A stretch of 63,660 nt of DNA, counting the filler, from Licmophora abbreviata (lineage: Eukaryota): assembly GCA_900291995.1 (NCBI GenBank). It is 14 parts of 14 records of this genome, joined end to end, with 100 filler letters (N's around TTAATTAATTAA, not from the genome) between each part and the next. Parts side by side here need not be neighbours in the genome. Positions count along the whole stretch, not along the records: positions 27,149 to 36,252 come from OLMU01004286.1; positions 36,353 to 40,693 come from OLMU01004287.1; positions 40,794 to 45,381 come from OLMU01004288.1; positions 45,482 to 48,789 come from OLMU01004289.1; 10 more parts are not named here. The stretch is one strand, 5' to 3'. This document shows positions 33,827-45,608 of this stretch, one piece after another (the first letter of the stretch is position 1; each line of letters begins with the position of its first letter). Under the pieces are notes generated by a model. The model was given only the letters and a program-made list of their open reading frames with translations, was not told the origin of the DNA and ran no database searches. The position numbers and the translations under genes are program-made.

Positions 33827-35840
33827 ATGTTCCCGACACCTCCCTCGAACGGCGACGCTGGCCCTTTCGGGAATGATCGTGCTGCAACAGAAACTTCGGA
33901 TGTTTCCATCGCAGATAACGCAGAAGCCTCAGCTGATTTGTGTCTCCCTTCACCACGGCGACCACGTGTCGTACTGCAGCCCGCCGAGGAGGTGTCGCTC
34001 GAAGACCGGGTGATTGACTTGGAACTCAAGTTGGCGACTCTGTCGCGAGTACTCCAACAACGACGAGGTGAGATGCCACGTCCCGTGTCCCCTCCCGGTG
34101 GTGTACTGCTCATGAACGATGATGTTGCGGGAGAGAATACTGCCAGCATTCCGTATTTGGAGTCGCCCTGCCCGTCCCGACGAGACAGCAGCGGCATCTT
34201 GCACGAGCTCATGGACAATGCAGAGGAGAAAGCACCAAAGGCGTCGCGGAAAACCATTGGTACAACCGCGGCGCTGGACATGTCGTTGAAGTCGACACCG
34301 GAAAATAACGAAATGTCGAATCTTGCGACAACAAGGATGTCGTCGTCACATGCACCTGATGCTACTCCAGTACAATTTCCATCGTCGCTGCGCGAACCGT
34401 CCAACGGTCGATCCATCAGTCCCTCCACGATACCACCTCCGCCACCACTTCCTTACGATGATTCGGACAAGCAACAAGCCAAACAATTTTCCACTATTCA
34501 ACAGAAATGGCTGAACTATCTCGATACCTTTCAAGAGAGTACTCCCGATGTCGATGTGCAAATGCAAGAGTTCATACGGGTGCCGTCTCAAGTGGAATGG
34601 CTCCTCGGATTCGGGTGGATGGTCTGTGTTGATTGCTTCTTGTACGTCTTGACTATACTTGTAATTCGCTTCGTTTGGAGTTGTGTATTGCTCTTTGTGT
34701 GGGGGTGGAGGAGAATAAGGGATGGGGGTGTTTCCAAACCTAGGGACGGAGATCACTATCGATTTCATCGAAGGTACTACGAAGACTGAATGTGCGCTTC
34801 GAGTTGGAAGAGAAAGACTATCTCGTTCGCATTTCTCATGCCGCACGGTCCCTTTTGATCCTTCGTTGCACAGACACGTCTATCAGCTCATCCAGGTTGG
34901 AATCATCTACATTGTTTATCGCACTTTGCTGGTACCTATTTCCATAGGAAAGCTCTATCACTGGATTCGCGGACAGGCCATGCTCAAGCTGTACGTGCTG
35001 ATTGCCATTGTCGAAGTCTTTGATCGCCTCTTTTGCTCGCTCGGACAGGATTGTCTGGATAGCATGTATTGGAATACGACACGACGACCCAAGAGTGCTC
35101 GTCTATACATTAGTATTGTTGTGGTCTTGTGCTATGCGGCGTGCCATACGTTGATTCTCTTTGTCCATGTGGCGACTCTGAATGTGGCCATGAACTCGGC
35201 GGATCAGGCGCTGCTCGCCTTGTTGATTTCGGGGAACTTTGCAGAGATCAAGAGCACAGTCTTCAAAAAGTACAACAAGAAGAATTTGTTCAAGATTGCA
35301 GCGAGTGATATCTGTGAGCGGTTCAAGTTGGCCTTGTTTCTATCCCTCGTGCTCGTACTCAATCTGAGTCAAGGCATGGATCGACTTCAACTTGTCGAAT
35401 ATGTGAAAATGTGCTGCATCGTGTGGTTTTGCGAAGTTGTGGCAGACTGGATCAAACACAGCTTCATCACCAAATTCAACTTCATTCCTTCGTCCGTGTA
35501 TCCCGAATATGCCTTGCTACTGGCGGGAGACGTGACAGGCATTGGACATGAAGAAGTCAATCTTGACAACTCGCATGCCGTCGTGAAACGCATCGGTCTG
35601 GCACAAATACCTCTCGTGTGCGTCTTGTTGCGGTATCTGTCCGAGGCTGCGCGCTATGGTCTACCGCATTTTCAACAAACGCCCCTTTGGATGGTTCTGG
35701 CGGGTATGGTGGGCATATGGTGTCTGTTGCTGGCGCTCAAGATTACGCTCGGGGCGTATCTCCAGACCTTGTCGCGTGCCAAGTTGTATGCAGCGCCCGA
35801 ACTTGCCTTGGTGACGCCTGCCAAGAAGAAACGAGACTAA
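33827..35840 (+). CDS. TAPT1: TAPT1/Emp65 (DUF747) ER membrane protein, 2 exons
   Basis: Intron 34774-34873. LYHWIRGQAMLKLYV, EVFDRL..S.GQD, TLNVAMNS, NFAEIKSTVFKK, SDICERF, DWIKHSFITKFN; terminal KKKRD. Confidence 0.88.
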
Positions 35841-36115
35841 TGAAAACGCTGCAAGTAATGTCGCACTTCTTTATAACGTGTCGACGTAGAAGCTGTTCTT
35901 GGGTAACCGTATGTGCAAGGACGAACTAGACCTGCAAGACGAGTACTCGCAGGCTACTTGCGCAACGTGAAGTTTATTCGCTTATTATCAACGGTCTTAT
36001 TGGTCCACCGTACGCCAAAACTACATACTCTAATTCGACAGTGCACTTTCGCAAGTGACTTGTCTCAAAATGTCAAAAACGTCCGTGACTATCACTTCTA
36101 GCCTCCTCGCACTCC

Positions 36116-38996
36116 TTAGAATGAAAACATGCTGCTCTTATTGTGTCCCAGAGCAGTGAGGGCTGGTCTGCAGCCCTTGTCGAGCATGATCGGTGGGCCG
36201 CACATGAGGTTCCACACGCTTTCACCGGCTGGGTACAAATACTCTTCGAACANNNNNNNNNNNNNNNNNNNNNNNNNNNNNNNNNNNNNNNNNNNNTTAA
36301 TTAATTAANNNNNNNNNNNNNNNNNNNNNNNNNNNNNNNNNNNNNNNNNNNNCGAACAGTGCCTTATCGCAGAAGCCGGTCGAGTACTTCCAGTTCGTCG
36401 GCCAGGAATCTGAGAGAATGTAATGAACCTTGAACTTGTCAGGGAACTTGGACTCCCACTCTTCGAGTGTTGATCGCATGAGCAGGTCGCCCTCTTCGCG
36501 GCAGGCAAAGATCAATGACATCTTTGTTTGATCGTTGGCATTGCGAAGAATCTCAGCGGCAATTTGCATAGTAGGAGTGATACCGGTTCCGCCGGCAATC
36601 AAGTTGAAGTGTGTCGCCTTGCATGGCTCGTGTTCAATAGTGAAATTGCCATCAGCAAGGTACTCGAACTCGCCTACTGGCCCACGAATGTCGAGCGTGT
36701 CTCCAATCTTGAGAGAATCGACGTACTGACTCATCTTGCCGCCGTTGGGAAATCGTTCGCACGGTCGGTAAGCCTTGATGAGGAACTTGACGCAGCCCAC
36801 ATCATAGTTGGATGAAACGGGCGTGTACCGTCGGAGGACCATCTCGCCGTTGATCATGGCTGAGAGGAACACGTGCTTACCGGTCGGCAGACCGAGAACG
36901 TGCTCCGGACTCTGCAGAGCAAAGTCCACCAAGAAAGAGTCGCGTGACAGAACCGTCTTATTTTGCAGACGGAATGCGATCTTCTTCTTGGGATTCAGTG
37001 CTACTTTCCGGCCCTTGTCGTCGACCAGCTCTTCCTCTTCTGCAAGCGCAGGAACAGAACTTTTATCCAAATCTCCAATGTAATACTTCTCTAACATCTT
37101 GGTGGCCTTCTGGGAATGAATAGCAACAAAATCCTCAGTAGCGTCGCCACCGGCATTGATAGTGATAGAGTCGACACCACCTGGGTGGAGCTCGAGGTAC
37201 TCGGTACAGTCGTAGACGCGGTCGTTGACAATGATCCAGACGTCTTCTTCCGTATTGTGTTTTGCAACCTCCGCCATTGTGAACTTCTTTCCAGACACCT
37301 TCTTGGGAGCTGACGCCGGATTGACATCCTTGGGCTCGCCCTGCACCTCCAACAACCGACCGAAACCAGCCGAGTCGGGCTTGCCAGCCACCGTCGTCAT
37401 CCATCCACCCGTCTGCTGACCGGGCTGTGTAGGATGTTCAAAGCGGAAGACGTGCTCGCCCTCCGCGGTCTTGTCCATGTGAACCTTGACACGAAAGACT
37501 TGGTTGTTTCCCATGCCCATGAGGTTCCAGGTAGGGTTGGTCGGTTGGCAGTTGTTCGACTCGTCCCACGCACGGCACCAAATCGCCTTGCACCCAACAA
37601 GATCGGCAACCTTGATCTTGAGACCCCACCAGATCCAGCACCAGTACATGCCGTACTCGGTAGGCTTCTCCTTGCGACTGATGTCGGCAAGTTCCCAATG
37701 AATACCACCATCCAAACTGACTTCAACCCGACTGACCATGCGTCCACCTCCAGTGTACGAATAGCCCGCCACCTCGTATTCCTTCCCAATATCCTTAGCA
37801 ATCGAGATGGTCTCGTTGTGATTGGGCTGCGAGATGGCCGAGTTGATGTTGAGTTCGTTGAAAATGTACTCGGGCTTGTACCACCACCCACCGGACAAAC
37901 TCTCCTCGGCGGTAATGTGAGGCGGCAAGATGCGGTTGTCATGGTAGTGGTAGTGGTTCTTGGTCTCGTGCGCAATGACATTGATCTGCTTGAGCCACTT
38001 GATCATGCGTCCGCCAATGTATCCAGGGATAATGAGACGGACCGGAAATCCGTGATCGGGCTGAAGGACCTCGCCATTGGCTTCGTAGGCAACGAGGATG
38101 TCGTAGGCCGGGTTCATGGCACGAGCAAGAGGGACCGATGTCCCATACTTGACCAGCTTGCCCCACGGCTCGTCTGGGAAGGGGCTGAAGGAGGAACGCA
38201 AAAGTAGATGTATAGTTTCACGTGAGTGAACTCTCGTGTCTTGTGCGACTCCCCACTCCAAGCTGCTTGTTTCTTAAACTTACCCTGGCCCCACCTTGTT
38301 GGGCAAGTCTTCCACTCCAATAAACTCGACATGCTTGCCATCCATATTCTTATCCGACACTCCCGCCTTGAGCAACAAGTCTCGCAACAAGACCCCCTTC
38401 CAGACGTTGGTACTGACACCGGACGGCCCCCAGTTGAATCCGATCGTTTGACGAATCATATTTTGTTCCTTGCGACGATTTCCCGCACAGACCAGCGTGA
38501 CGGGAAGTTCCCGCGGTTCCATGGCGACCAGTTCGTCCATGGAAAACGAGAGCGGCGCCGTTACTAGACTCCCACCAATCTCAATGCTATGTTCTTCCCA
38601 CTTGATTTCAGGACAGGCTCCGTGGTTTCGTACATAATGCAAGCTGCTGGGAGTGATGAATCGAGTTTCGTTGAGGACCTGGAGAGGCGGCTCGACGTTG
38701 AAGGGGTGGCGTCCCGTGAGACGGACCAGTCTTCCATCCCGGGGAATCCATTCATCGGGAGTCCCCACATCGCGGTAGTCCGGTGTCGACTGGAGATCAA
38801 ACATGGTGGTGGCGTTGGCGACTGCCTCTGCGGGAGGAGTTTCTTCCTCCTTGTTGACAAAGGGGACGGGGATGGCCTTGGGGTAGGGGCCGTAGAGGTC
38901 TTGGCATGATGTCCCAACGAGCTGCTTGTCGTCGTCGTTGTTCGTTTCTTCTTGGAAGTCGGCCATTTTGTTCAAGTCTTCTGGTAGCGGAGGCAT
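36116..38996 (-). CDS. NR: Assimilatory NAD(P)H nitrate reductase (Moco, dimer, cytochrome b5, FAD and NAD domains), 2 exons, spanning linker 36253-36352
   Basis: LTGRHPFN.EP, HYVRNHG, LVCAGNRRKEQN; intron 38283-38185 (KVGPG|PFPDE); DHGFPVR, WNLMGMGNN, HPGG, RRYTP, AGGTGITP. A 6-bp overlap (CGAACA) across the linker restores ALFEEYLYP…MCGPPIM…MFSF*. Confidence 0.97.
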
Positions 38997-39516
38997 CTTG
39001 TCTTGTTGATTCTAAGAAGAGAGAAAGAGTATTCGTCGTTGTGGTTGTGCCAATGGAACCTGAAGTGTTGGTTCCATACATAAAGTGCGAGCCCTGTGAG
39101 AAATTGAAAATGAATTCAGACGGCCAAACTGCCGGGAATTTTGTGAGCGAGAAAATGGGTCCTGCACTTCGAACGTCAATGCGTAGAATTCTACTCTCGA
39201 TCCCAGGTACAGGAAGTTCGGGGTTCGCACCAGCGTCATCACTGTTTATGGTGCTGGCAGTGAAACTGCCGGCTGAAACAGTCCTCCACGCCACGCAGAC
39301 GGATTGTTCCCGTACGATCCGATCGTAGGATTTCGCGCGCCAAACTTCCAGAAGTTGGTGTCTGTGTGTCCGGTTTCGGGAGGGGGTACAGAAGTAGTGT
39401 TTGCGTTCTCATCGGGATCAGTATTGGAAGGGACGGCTGTGTCTTCTGAGATCTCTCTTTGGGCGCCGATCTTGTGTTGCGTGACGTGCGTGAAAGTTGC
39501 CTACACAATGAAGATT

Positions 39517-39550
<34 letters not shown>

Positions 39551-39588
39551 CTGTGCTATCTCATCCTACATATAAACAAGAAACCAAC
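38997..39588. promoter_or_regulatory. Divergent intergenic/promoter region of NR and the small plastid-protein gene
   Basis: About 590 bp between head-to-head ATGs. TGACG(T/C) cores at 39173-39178, 39233-39238 (both minus strand) and 39482-39487. Confidence 0.45.
39517..39549. repeat. (AAC)11 microsatellite
   Basis: Perfect trinucleotide run about 40 bp upstream of ATG 39589. Confidence 0.9.
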
Positions 39589-39960
39589 ATGTTACAGCTG
39601 TGGATTCTTCGCTGCTGGATGCTCTTGGGGGTTTCGGCGGCGGCCTTTGTGGCTCCCGTCGCCCGACGTTCTCCCTTTGCACTAGTGACCGACTGCAATA
39701 AGTCTCCGCTAGTAGCCTTGCAGAGCTCTCTGTATGACACGACGACGACGACGACGACAAGTACGTTGATCGACTCTACTTCTCTGTTTACGTCCGCCGC
39801 CACCATGGATCCGGCCTCCATGTTGGGCAGCGCGTTGGGCTCCTTCTTGGGTTCTCCCGCCGTCCTCGCGGTCCCCATTGTGGCGGCACTCACGGTGGGT
39901 CTTGTACTGGCCTGGTTGCTGGTGGCTTCGGCAGCTCCCGAAGTGGAAGATGATGAGTGA
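39589..39960 (+). CDS. Small (123 aa) plastid-targeted single-pass membrane protein
   Basis: Signal peptide ending SAAA-FVAP, Ser/Thr-rich transit peptide, TM helix AVLAVPIVAALTVGLVLAWLLV, acidic tail PEVEDDE. Confidence 0.7.
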   Translation: MLQLWILRCWMLLGVSAAAFVAPVARRSPFALVTDCNKSPLVALQSSLYDTTTTTTTSTLIDSTSLFTSAATMDPASMLGSALGSFLGSPAVLAVPIVAALTVGLVLAWLLVASAAPEVEDDE

Positions 39961-40159
39961 AATCACGTCACGTCGAGTCGTGACTTTTTGTCTTCCGCGT
40001 CTGCTGTGGAAGCATGATACCGGAGCGTGGAAAGAAAGCTACTATCATAGCTAGAATTTTTTGTATCATAGTAGTACATGCCCGACGATACTACTACTAC
40101 TATCATACTACAACTATCATACTAGTAGACTTCTCTGATGGATTCGTACAATTTAGCAA

Positions 40160-41711
40160 TCACCCGCCAATAGTCGTCATGGGTCGATTGCCATCACTCG
40201 CATCCGCAATACCCTGTGCATCACCATGCCCTCCCAACTTGTAATGCTTGTTTTGCACCGCATACTGAATCAAAAGTTCCAAGTCTTGCGCACTGCACTC
40301 CTCGTGGCGCAGTACGTTTCTCAAACTCACTTCCTCACTCCCAAACAAGCACACCTTGATTTGTCCATCGGCCGTCAGTCTCAATCGATTGCAGCTTCCA
40401 CAAAAGTGCTCCGACATGCTGGTTATAAATCCAACTCTTCCCAGCGGTGCTGTACGAGTGCTATCCATCTCGTACCACTTGGTCGTGTCGTTGGGACCAT
40501 CGCGGATGCGACGCAAGGAGACACCGTCATCCTCCAGTCGTCGCAACATGTCTCGATAACTCACAAACCTATTCTGATTCCACCCATTGCCATTGAAGGG
40601 CATCCACTCGATGAATCGTACATCAATGGGCCACTGTGATGTTAACTGGACAAAGTCACTCAGTTCGTCCGTATTGACATTCTTCATAACGACNNNNNNN
40701 NNNNNNNNNNNNNNNNNNNNNNNNNNNNNNNNNNNNNTTAATTAATTAANNNNNNNNNNNNNNNNNNNNNNNNNNNNNNNNNNNNNNNNNNNNATTCTTC
40801 ATAACGACGCAATTCAATTTCACTCGTTCCGTCGGTAGCTTGGCACAGGCTGCTTCGATGCTGGATAGGACGCGAGAGAGGCCAGGCCGTCGAGTCATTT
40901 CCGTAAACTTGTCGGCATTCAAGGTGTCGAGTGATATATTGATGTGGGTCAATCCTGCATCGACCAAACTATCCATGTGACGTTCGAGCGTGACGCCGTT
41001 TGTCGTCATGCCAATTTGTGTGACTGTTTGGAATTGAGAAAGTCCCTCGACGAGCTGTACTAGATCCTTGCGCAAGAGTGGTTCTCCGCCTGTGAGACGT
41101 AATTTTGTCACGCCATGCTTGACAAAGAGTGATGTAAGCTGCAGGAGTTCCGAGGTAGAGAGTAGTTTGGAATGAGGTGTAAGATTGGGTACACCTTCGG
41201 GAGGCATACAGTATTGACATCTAAGATTGCATCGTTCAGTTAGAGAGAGTCGAAGGTAGGAGTGTTGTCGTTGGAACCGGTCTGTGAGGAGAGCAGTCGA
41301 ATTCTGGTTTTGTGCGGCGTTGAGCTTGCGGAGTTTCAGCAACAAGTCGGAAATAGGCTGTTGTTTCTGAATGGATGGAGTGGATGCTGTGGATGGAACT
41401 CTTGGTGTTGTCGCCGTTGCTCGTTCTCCTGCACTCGATCTGAGGTCTTGTTGGATTCGTGCGATATCCAGCGGTTCCGCGTCGAGTTTCCTTCGTAATT
41501 CCTGTAGCCGGGGACGACTGTCGTCAAAGGATGATGATTCGTCTGTTGCTTCTTGCTGTGAGGAAGGGACTGCCGAGAATGACGAACGCTGCTGAGTTCT
41601 TGGTTGTCGAGAGTGATGAATATTTGAGTGAACTACTCGTACGCGCAACGCGGTTGTTGTTCTGCTGCTGCTGAAATGGCCCCGTAATTTTGAAACATGT
41701 TGTCCAATCAT
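40160..41711 (-). CDS. CNX2: GTP 3',8-cyclase, molybdenum cofactor biosynthesis (MoaA/MOCS1A), spanning linker 40694-40793
   Basis: YLRLSLTERCNLRCQYCMP, RLTGGEPL, NISLDTL, RFIEWMP, FCGSCNRLRLTADG..KVCL, C-terminal IGG. A 15-bp overlap (ATTCTTCATAACGAC) rejoins NCVVMKNVN. Arg/Ser-rich mitochondrial-like leader. Confidence 0.95.
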
Positions 41712-42270
41712 GATTGGATTGAAGTCAGTATCTCTAGAGTGGTATTGGAATGAATCTTTAGACAAAGCACACAGCTACTTTCAGTGTAGTCTCACGGTAC
41801 AGCTGCAGAAACTTCGGATGATTGTAGGAGAAACTGCTGTGGTGCTGTTCATGGTGTTGTGTGTCTTAGCTACCGGCGTCACAGCCCGAATTTGGTGGAT
41901 TCACAAAACGGGGGGAACACTTTTGTTTCCAACTTGAAACTTCCCGTCATTCACCGTCGTGTGGAGGTACAGACGGTGTTGCAAGCACTTGCTGTTTCTC
42001 ACGTAGGTTCTACGTATTTTCTGGTACATGACGTGGTGTGACAATCCTCTGGAAGATTGGATTTACAAAACTATCATGACATGTCACTACGACATATATT
42101 ACTTAAGACATGATCTACATGGATTGTTTGGCGGGAAAATCATCCACAACAACACAGCAGAACCATTTTTCATTGTCGTCGCTCTGGTCTTGTTGGATTC
42201 ACTGCTCTTTCTCTCTTCACTTTCGTCAAACACCATTGCATTCTTACTCGAAGCCTTCTTATCAACCATC

Positions 42271-43937
42271 ATGGGTGGCTGCTTGAGCGGAGGGAGCAGT
42301 ACTCCTTACATTTCGTACAATGACGGCGGCGAAGAAGACTTTCATGCCAAATATTTGGAAGATCGAATTTTGGGGGAGGGCGAATTCGGGGCCGTCAAGC
42401 TCTGTCACGACATGAAGAACAACGACAGCAATGCAGAAGCACTCGCAGTCAAGATTCTTAAAAAGGGAATGACCTTTAAGGATAACACGCTCTACTCGGC
42501 CTTGAAACCAGAGACGCTGCAGATGGAGTGTGATATTCTGCGGACGCTCAAAGGTGAGCACTACTGTTTGGCGCTCAAGGGCATTTTCGAAACTCCCAAG
42601 GTCATATACGTCGTTACGGAGCTCTGTAGTGGTGGAGAAATGATGGAGTATGTCAGTAAGCAGAAAGAACTGCGGACAGAAGATGTCTCCCGGATAGCCT
42701 TCCAACTACTCTCTGCCATTGATCATTGTGCCAAACACGGTATCATTCACCGAGATATCAAACCCGAAAACTGCATGTTTCGCCATCCCACTCCCGGAGC
42801 CGAGCTGCGACTCATAGACTTTGGGAGTGGCACTCATGACGATAAGACGACTGCATCGGACGCCGCTTCGCTTCCACAACACACGACCTTTGCAGGTTCC
42901 GCCTTTTACATTTCACCCGAAATGTTCCAACGTACCTATACCGTCAAAACGGACGTGTGGAGTGCCGGAGTCACTCTGTACGTCCTGGTGGCGGGATACC
43001 CCGCCGACTCGCTTCAGAAAGGCTTCAACGTCCTCCAGCAATCCAACAAGCAGAAGCGCAATTTGCACGAACTCCCCAATCTCCCATCCGACTTACCCGA
43101 ATCCTTCTTTGACTTGTTGGAAAAGCTCTTGGTCTATCGTCACAAGTCCCGGCCACTTGCAGGAGACTTGGTCTCCAATGACGAATTCGTCCTCTTTCAC
43201 AAGTCCATTGCTCCGTCCGTCGGGAAAAAGTCCCGCACGTCGTCCATTCACATTGCCGGCTCTGTGCAGCGTCACACGGCCTTTTTGGACTATCAAAAGT
43301 TTGAACGGGCCGTCACGACACTCTTGGCGACCGTATTGGCGCGGGATGAACTGGAACAGCTCTTGGGGATTTTGGAAAAGAAGAATGCGAGTAGCAGTAG
43401 TGAAGCGCTCGACGTGAGTGTGGGGGGCAGTGTGAAGCAACTGACGAATGCACAGAAACTCAAGATTATTCCTGTGAGTGAACTGCAAACGATTCTAGTG
43501 AAGGATATGCAGCAAACGAGATGGTGAGAAGTTTTAGAGAGAGACGACTGTGTGATATGATGCTGTAATGCTTCTTGTTGACGTACAATGCGACTTACAT
43601 TCTACTTTCATGTACGATCCGTCCTACTAGTGTCGACATGATTGAAAAGCTGCCAAACGCAAGTGGCTACAATACCTTTGCCTATCACATTGCCTTGTTG
43701 AAACAGTTCTCTCGCAATGCTACGGAGGATGGTGGTATGAAGCGTTCCATGAGTATTAGCGGTGGCATTAGCAGCAGCAAGGATGCTCCGCAAACCAACA
43801 GTGTACACGGAAACGATGTGTATGGACGATTGATGAAGACCAAGCCTGTTAGTAGCACGGACAAGAACGGTGCGAATCGTCGGGCTAGTTCGGTTGGAGA
43901 AAGAAACAGTAAGCAACGATCCTTTTCTGGTTTGTGA
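42271..43937 (+). CDS. CDPK/CAMK-group Ser/Thr kinase with N-terminal acylation motif, 2 exons
   Basis: MGGCLS start; LGEGEFG, AVK, HRDIKPEN, LIDFG, YISPE, DVWSAG; intron 43524-43630. No canonical EF-hands recognisable. Confidence 0.88.
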
Positions 43938-44306
43938 CGCTGCTGGCAAGAGCTGCACAACATGACGCGAGGACGAAACGTAGAAACGCTGTATGAATTA
44001 TTCTATAGTGTAGTGTGAAGAAGCTTCCTCGTAACATACAACGAGTGTAGTAAGGAAAAGTCCAAACTGGAATGGAATGGAATCAACCCGTTCAGAACAG
44101 CTATCGCAATTCCACGTGGAAGGCTCTCTGAAGACTGCTCCAACCGGCGCCGTTCCGCCACCAACAGCGCTCCCTTGTGTCTGTGCGTGCAGGACGATTG
44201 ATTCACTCTTACACTCTCCTGTTGGATGCATCACTGTCCTTTCACACTTCCTCTACTTTCGTCGGTGCGCTACAGAGTGAGTCGGTCAGTGGAAAATAAG
44301 GATAGG

Positions 44307-45194
44307 ATGATTTCTCGAACGTGTTTGGCACACGCCATGCGACGACCCGCACCTCGGACCCTAGTACGATACAACAGGAACCCATTTCACACTTCGAGTA
44401 CTGGTGGTAGTACCAGCATCCGCACTTCTTCCGTGCCATGCTTCCGTGTACTGCTACAACAGCATCGTCCTGCTGCGGATCCTCCTTTGCACTGGATGAC
44501 CAGGCGATTCTTGGCTAGCGGTAGTAGTGGTAGTAGTGAATCGGAGCAACGACGACAAGAAGAACAGGTCAGTGAGGAAGAGGAGGAGAAGAAGCTAGTG
44601 GGCAAAGAAGAAGAAGAAGAAGAAGAAAGGGTCGGTGAGGAGGAGGAGACGCTAGTGGACGGGCATCATTTTGACGAGAGCAAAAATCAGAGCACTCCTA
44701 CTGCTACCGGTGCTACTAGTACTGCTGCTTCTACAACACTGAGTACAAAGCATTGCCCCGCATCCATAAGAAAGCAACAGACCGAGGTGGACTTGTGGTT
44801 AACCGAAGCGGACAAGGTGCCTTTCGGCAAGAGGCGTCGAGGTCATATTCAAGTCAAGAAACGCATCGAGGAATTCGAGTGCGCACGACGCGGACGGTCC
44901 TACCTTTGCCCCAGGGAAAAGGCTGCCAAGCGGCTCTACAAGCTGATCTTTCGACGACATGCGTTGAAACATGGCTTCTGGAGCTTGAAGGAAATGACAA
45001 ACCGAGACTTGGGCAAGTCGTTTGGAGTGAATCATAGGATTGTTCACAAGGACGCGGAGTTCATTATTAAGCAACAGTGGAAATTTGGAAAGAGTGAATA
45101 TCTGAATGTCATGTACCTTGGGAAGCCGCCGGAGAAGGGAAGCAAGATGAACAAGGCTCTCGGCAAGAAGATAAGAACAAGACATAAGAAATGA
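44307..45194 (+). CDS. Hypothetical protein with mitochondrial-like presequence, acidic tract and basic C-terminal domain
   Basis: Long ORF; Arg-rich, acid-free N-terminus ending RRFLAS; poly-Glu; Lys/Arg-rich C-terminus. Confidence 0.55.
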   Translation: MISRTCLAHAMRRPAPRTLVRYNRNPFHTSSTGGSTSIRTSSVPCFRVLLQQHRPAADPPLHWMTRRFLASGSSGSSESEQRRQEEQVSEEEEEKKLVGKEEEEEEERVGEEEETLVDGHHFDESKNQSTPTATGATSTAASTTLSTKHCPASIRKQQTEVDLWLTEADKVPFGKRRRGHIQVKKRIEEFECARRGRSYLCPREKAAKRLYKLIFRRHALKHGFWSLKEMTNRDLGKSFGVNHRIVHKDAEFIIKQQWKFGKSEYLNVMYLGKPPEKGSKMNKALGKKIRTRHKK

Positions 45195-45608
45195 TGATGC
45201 CCTTCACTAAATGAATCAAATCTGTTCTTGTGCATCGTTGCTCCAGAGTGGAGCTTGTTTTGACAGCTGGAGGGAAACTATAAAATAGACGAGGGTCGCT
45301 CTCATCACGCAAGGTTAGACTCTGTAGGTACAAGTTCTGAAAGTAGAAAGTAGCTCGTTGTTGAGGATCGACAAGAAACTCNNNNNNNNNNNNNNNNNNN
45401 NNNNNNNNNNNNNNNNNNNNNNNNNTTAATTAATTAANNNNNNNNNNNNNNNNNNNNNNNNNNNNNNNNNNNNNNNNNNNNGACAGTCAGGGCCTCATTC
45501 CGTGGACCCGACACCCGTTGAGTCGGAGGAGTCGAGGCGCGCAATCTCTCTTTCAATTTTTCAATTTTTGAAACGTGGAAAGTTCGAATTGTGACATATC
45601 TGTCGACC

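Noticed and set aside
37397..38207. Long alternative-frame and antisense ORFs over NR (also over SLC4 53312-54770, XRN 17946-18659 and 62062-62661)
   Set aside because: Shadow ORFs caused by codon bias of the real genes; no independent protein features.
39304..39588. N-terminal extension with poly-Asn in the 218-aa ORF
   Set aside because: Starts at a non-ATG codon and runs through the AAC microsatellite; the signal peptide begins at ATG 39589.
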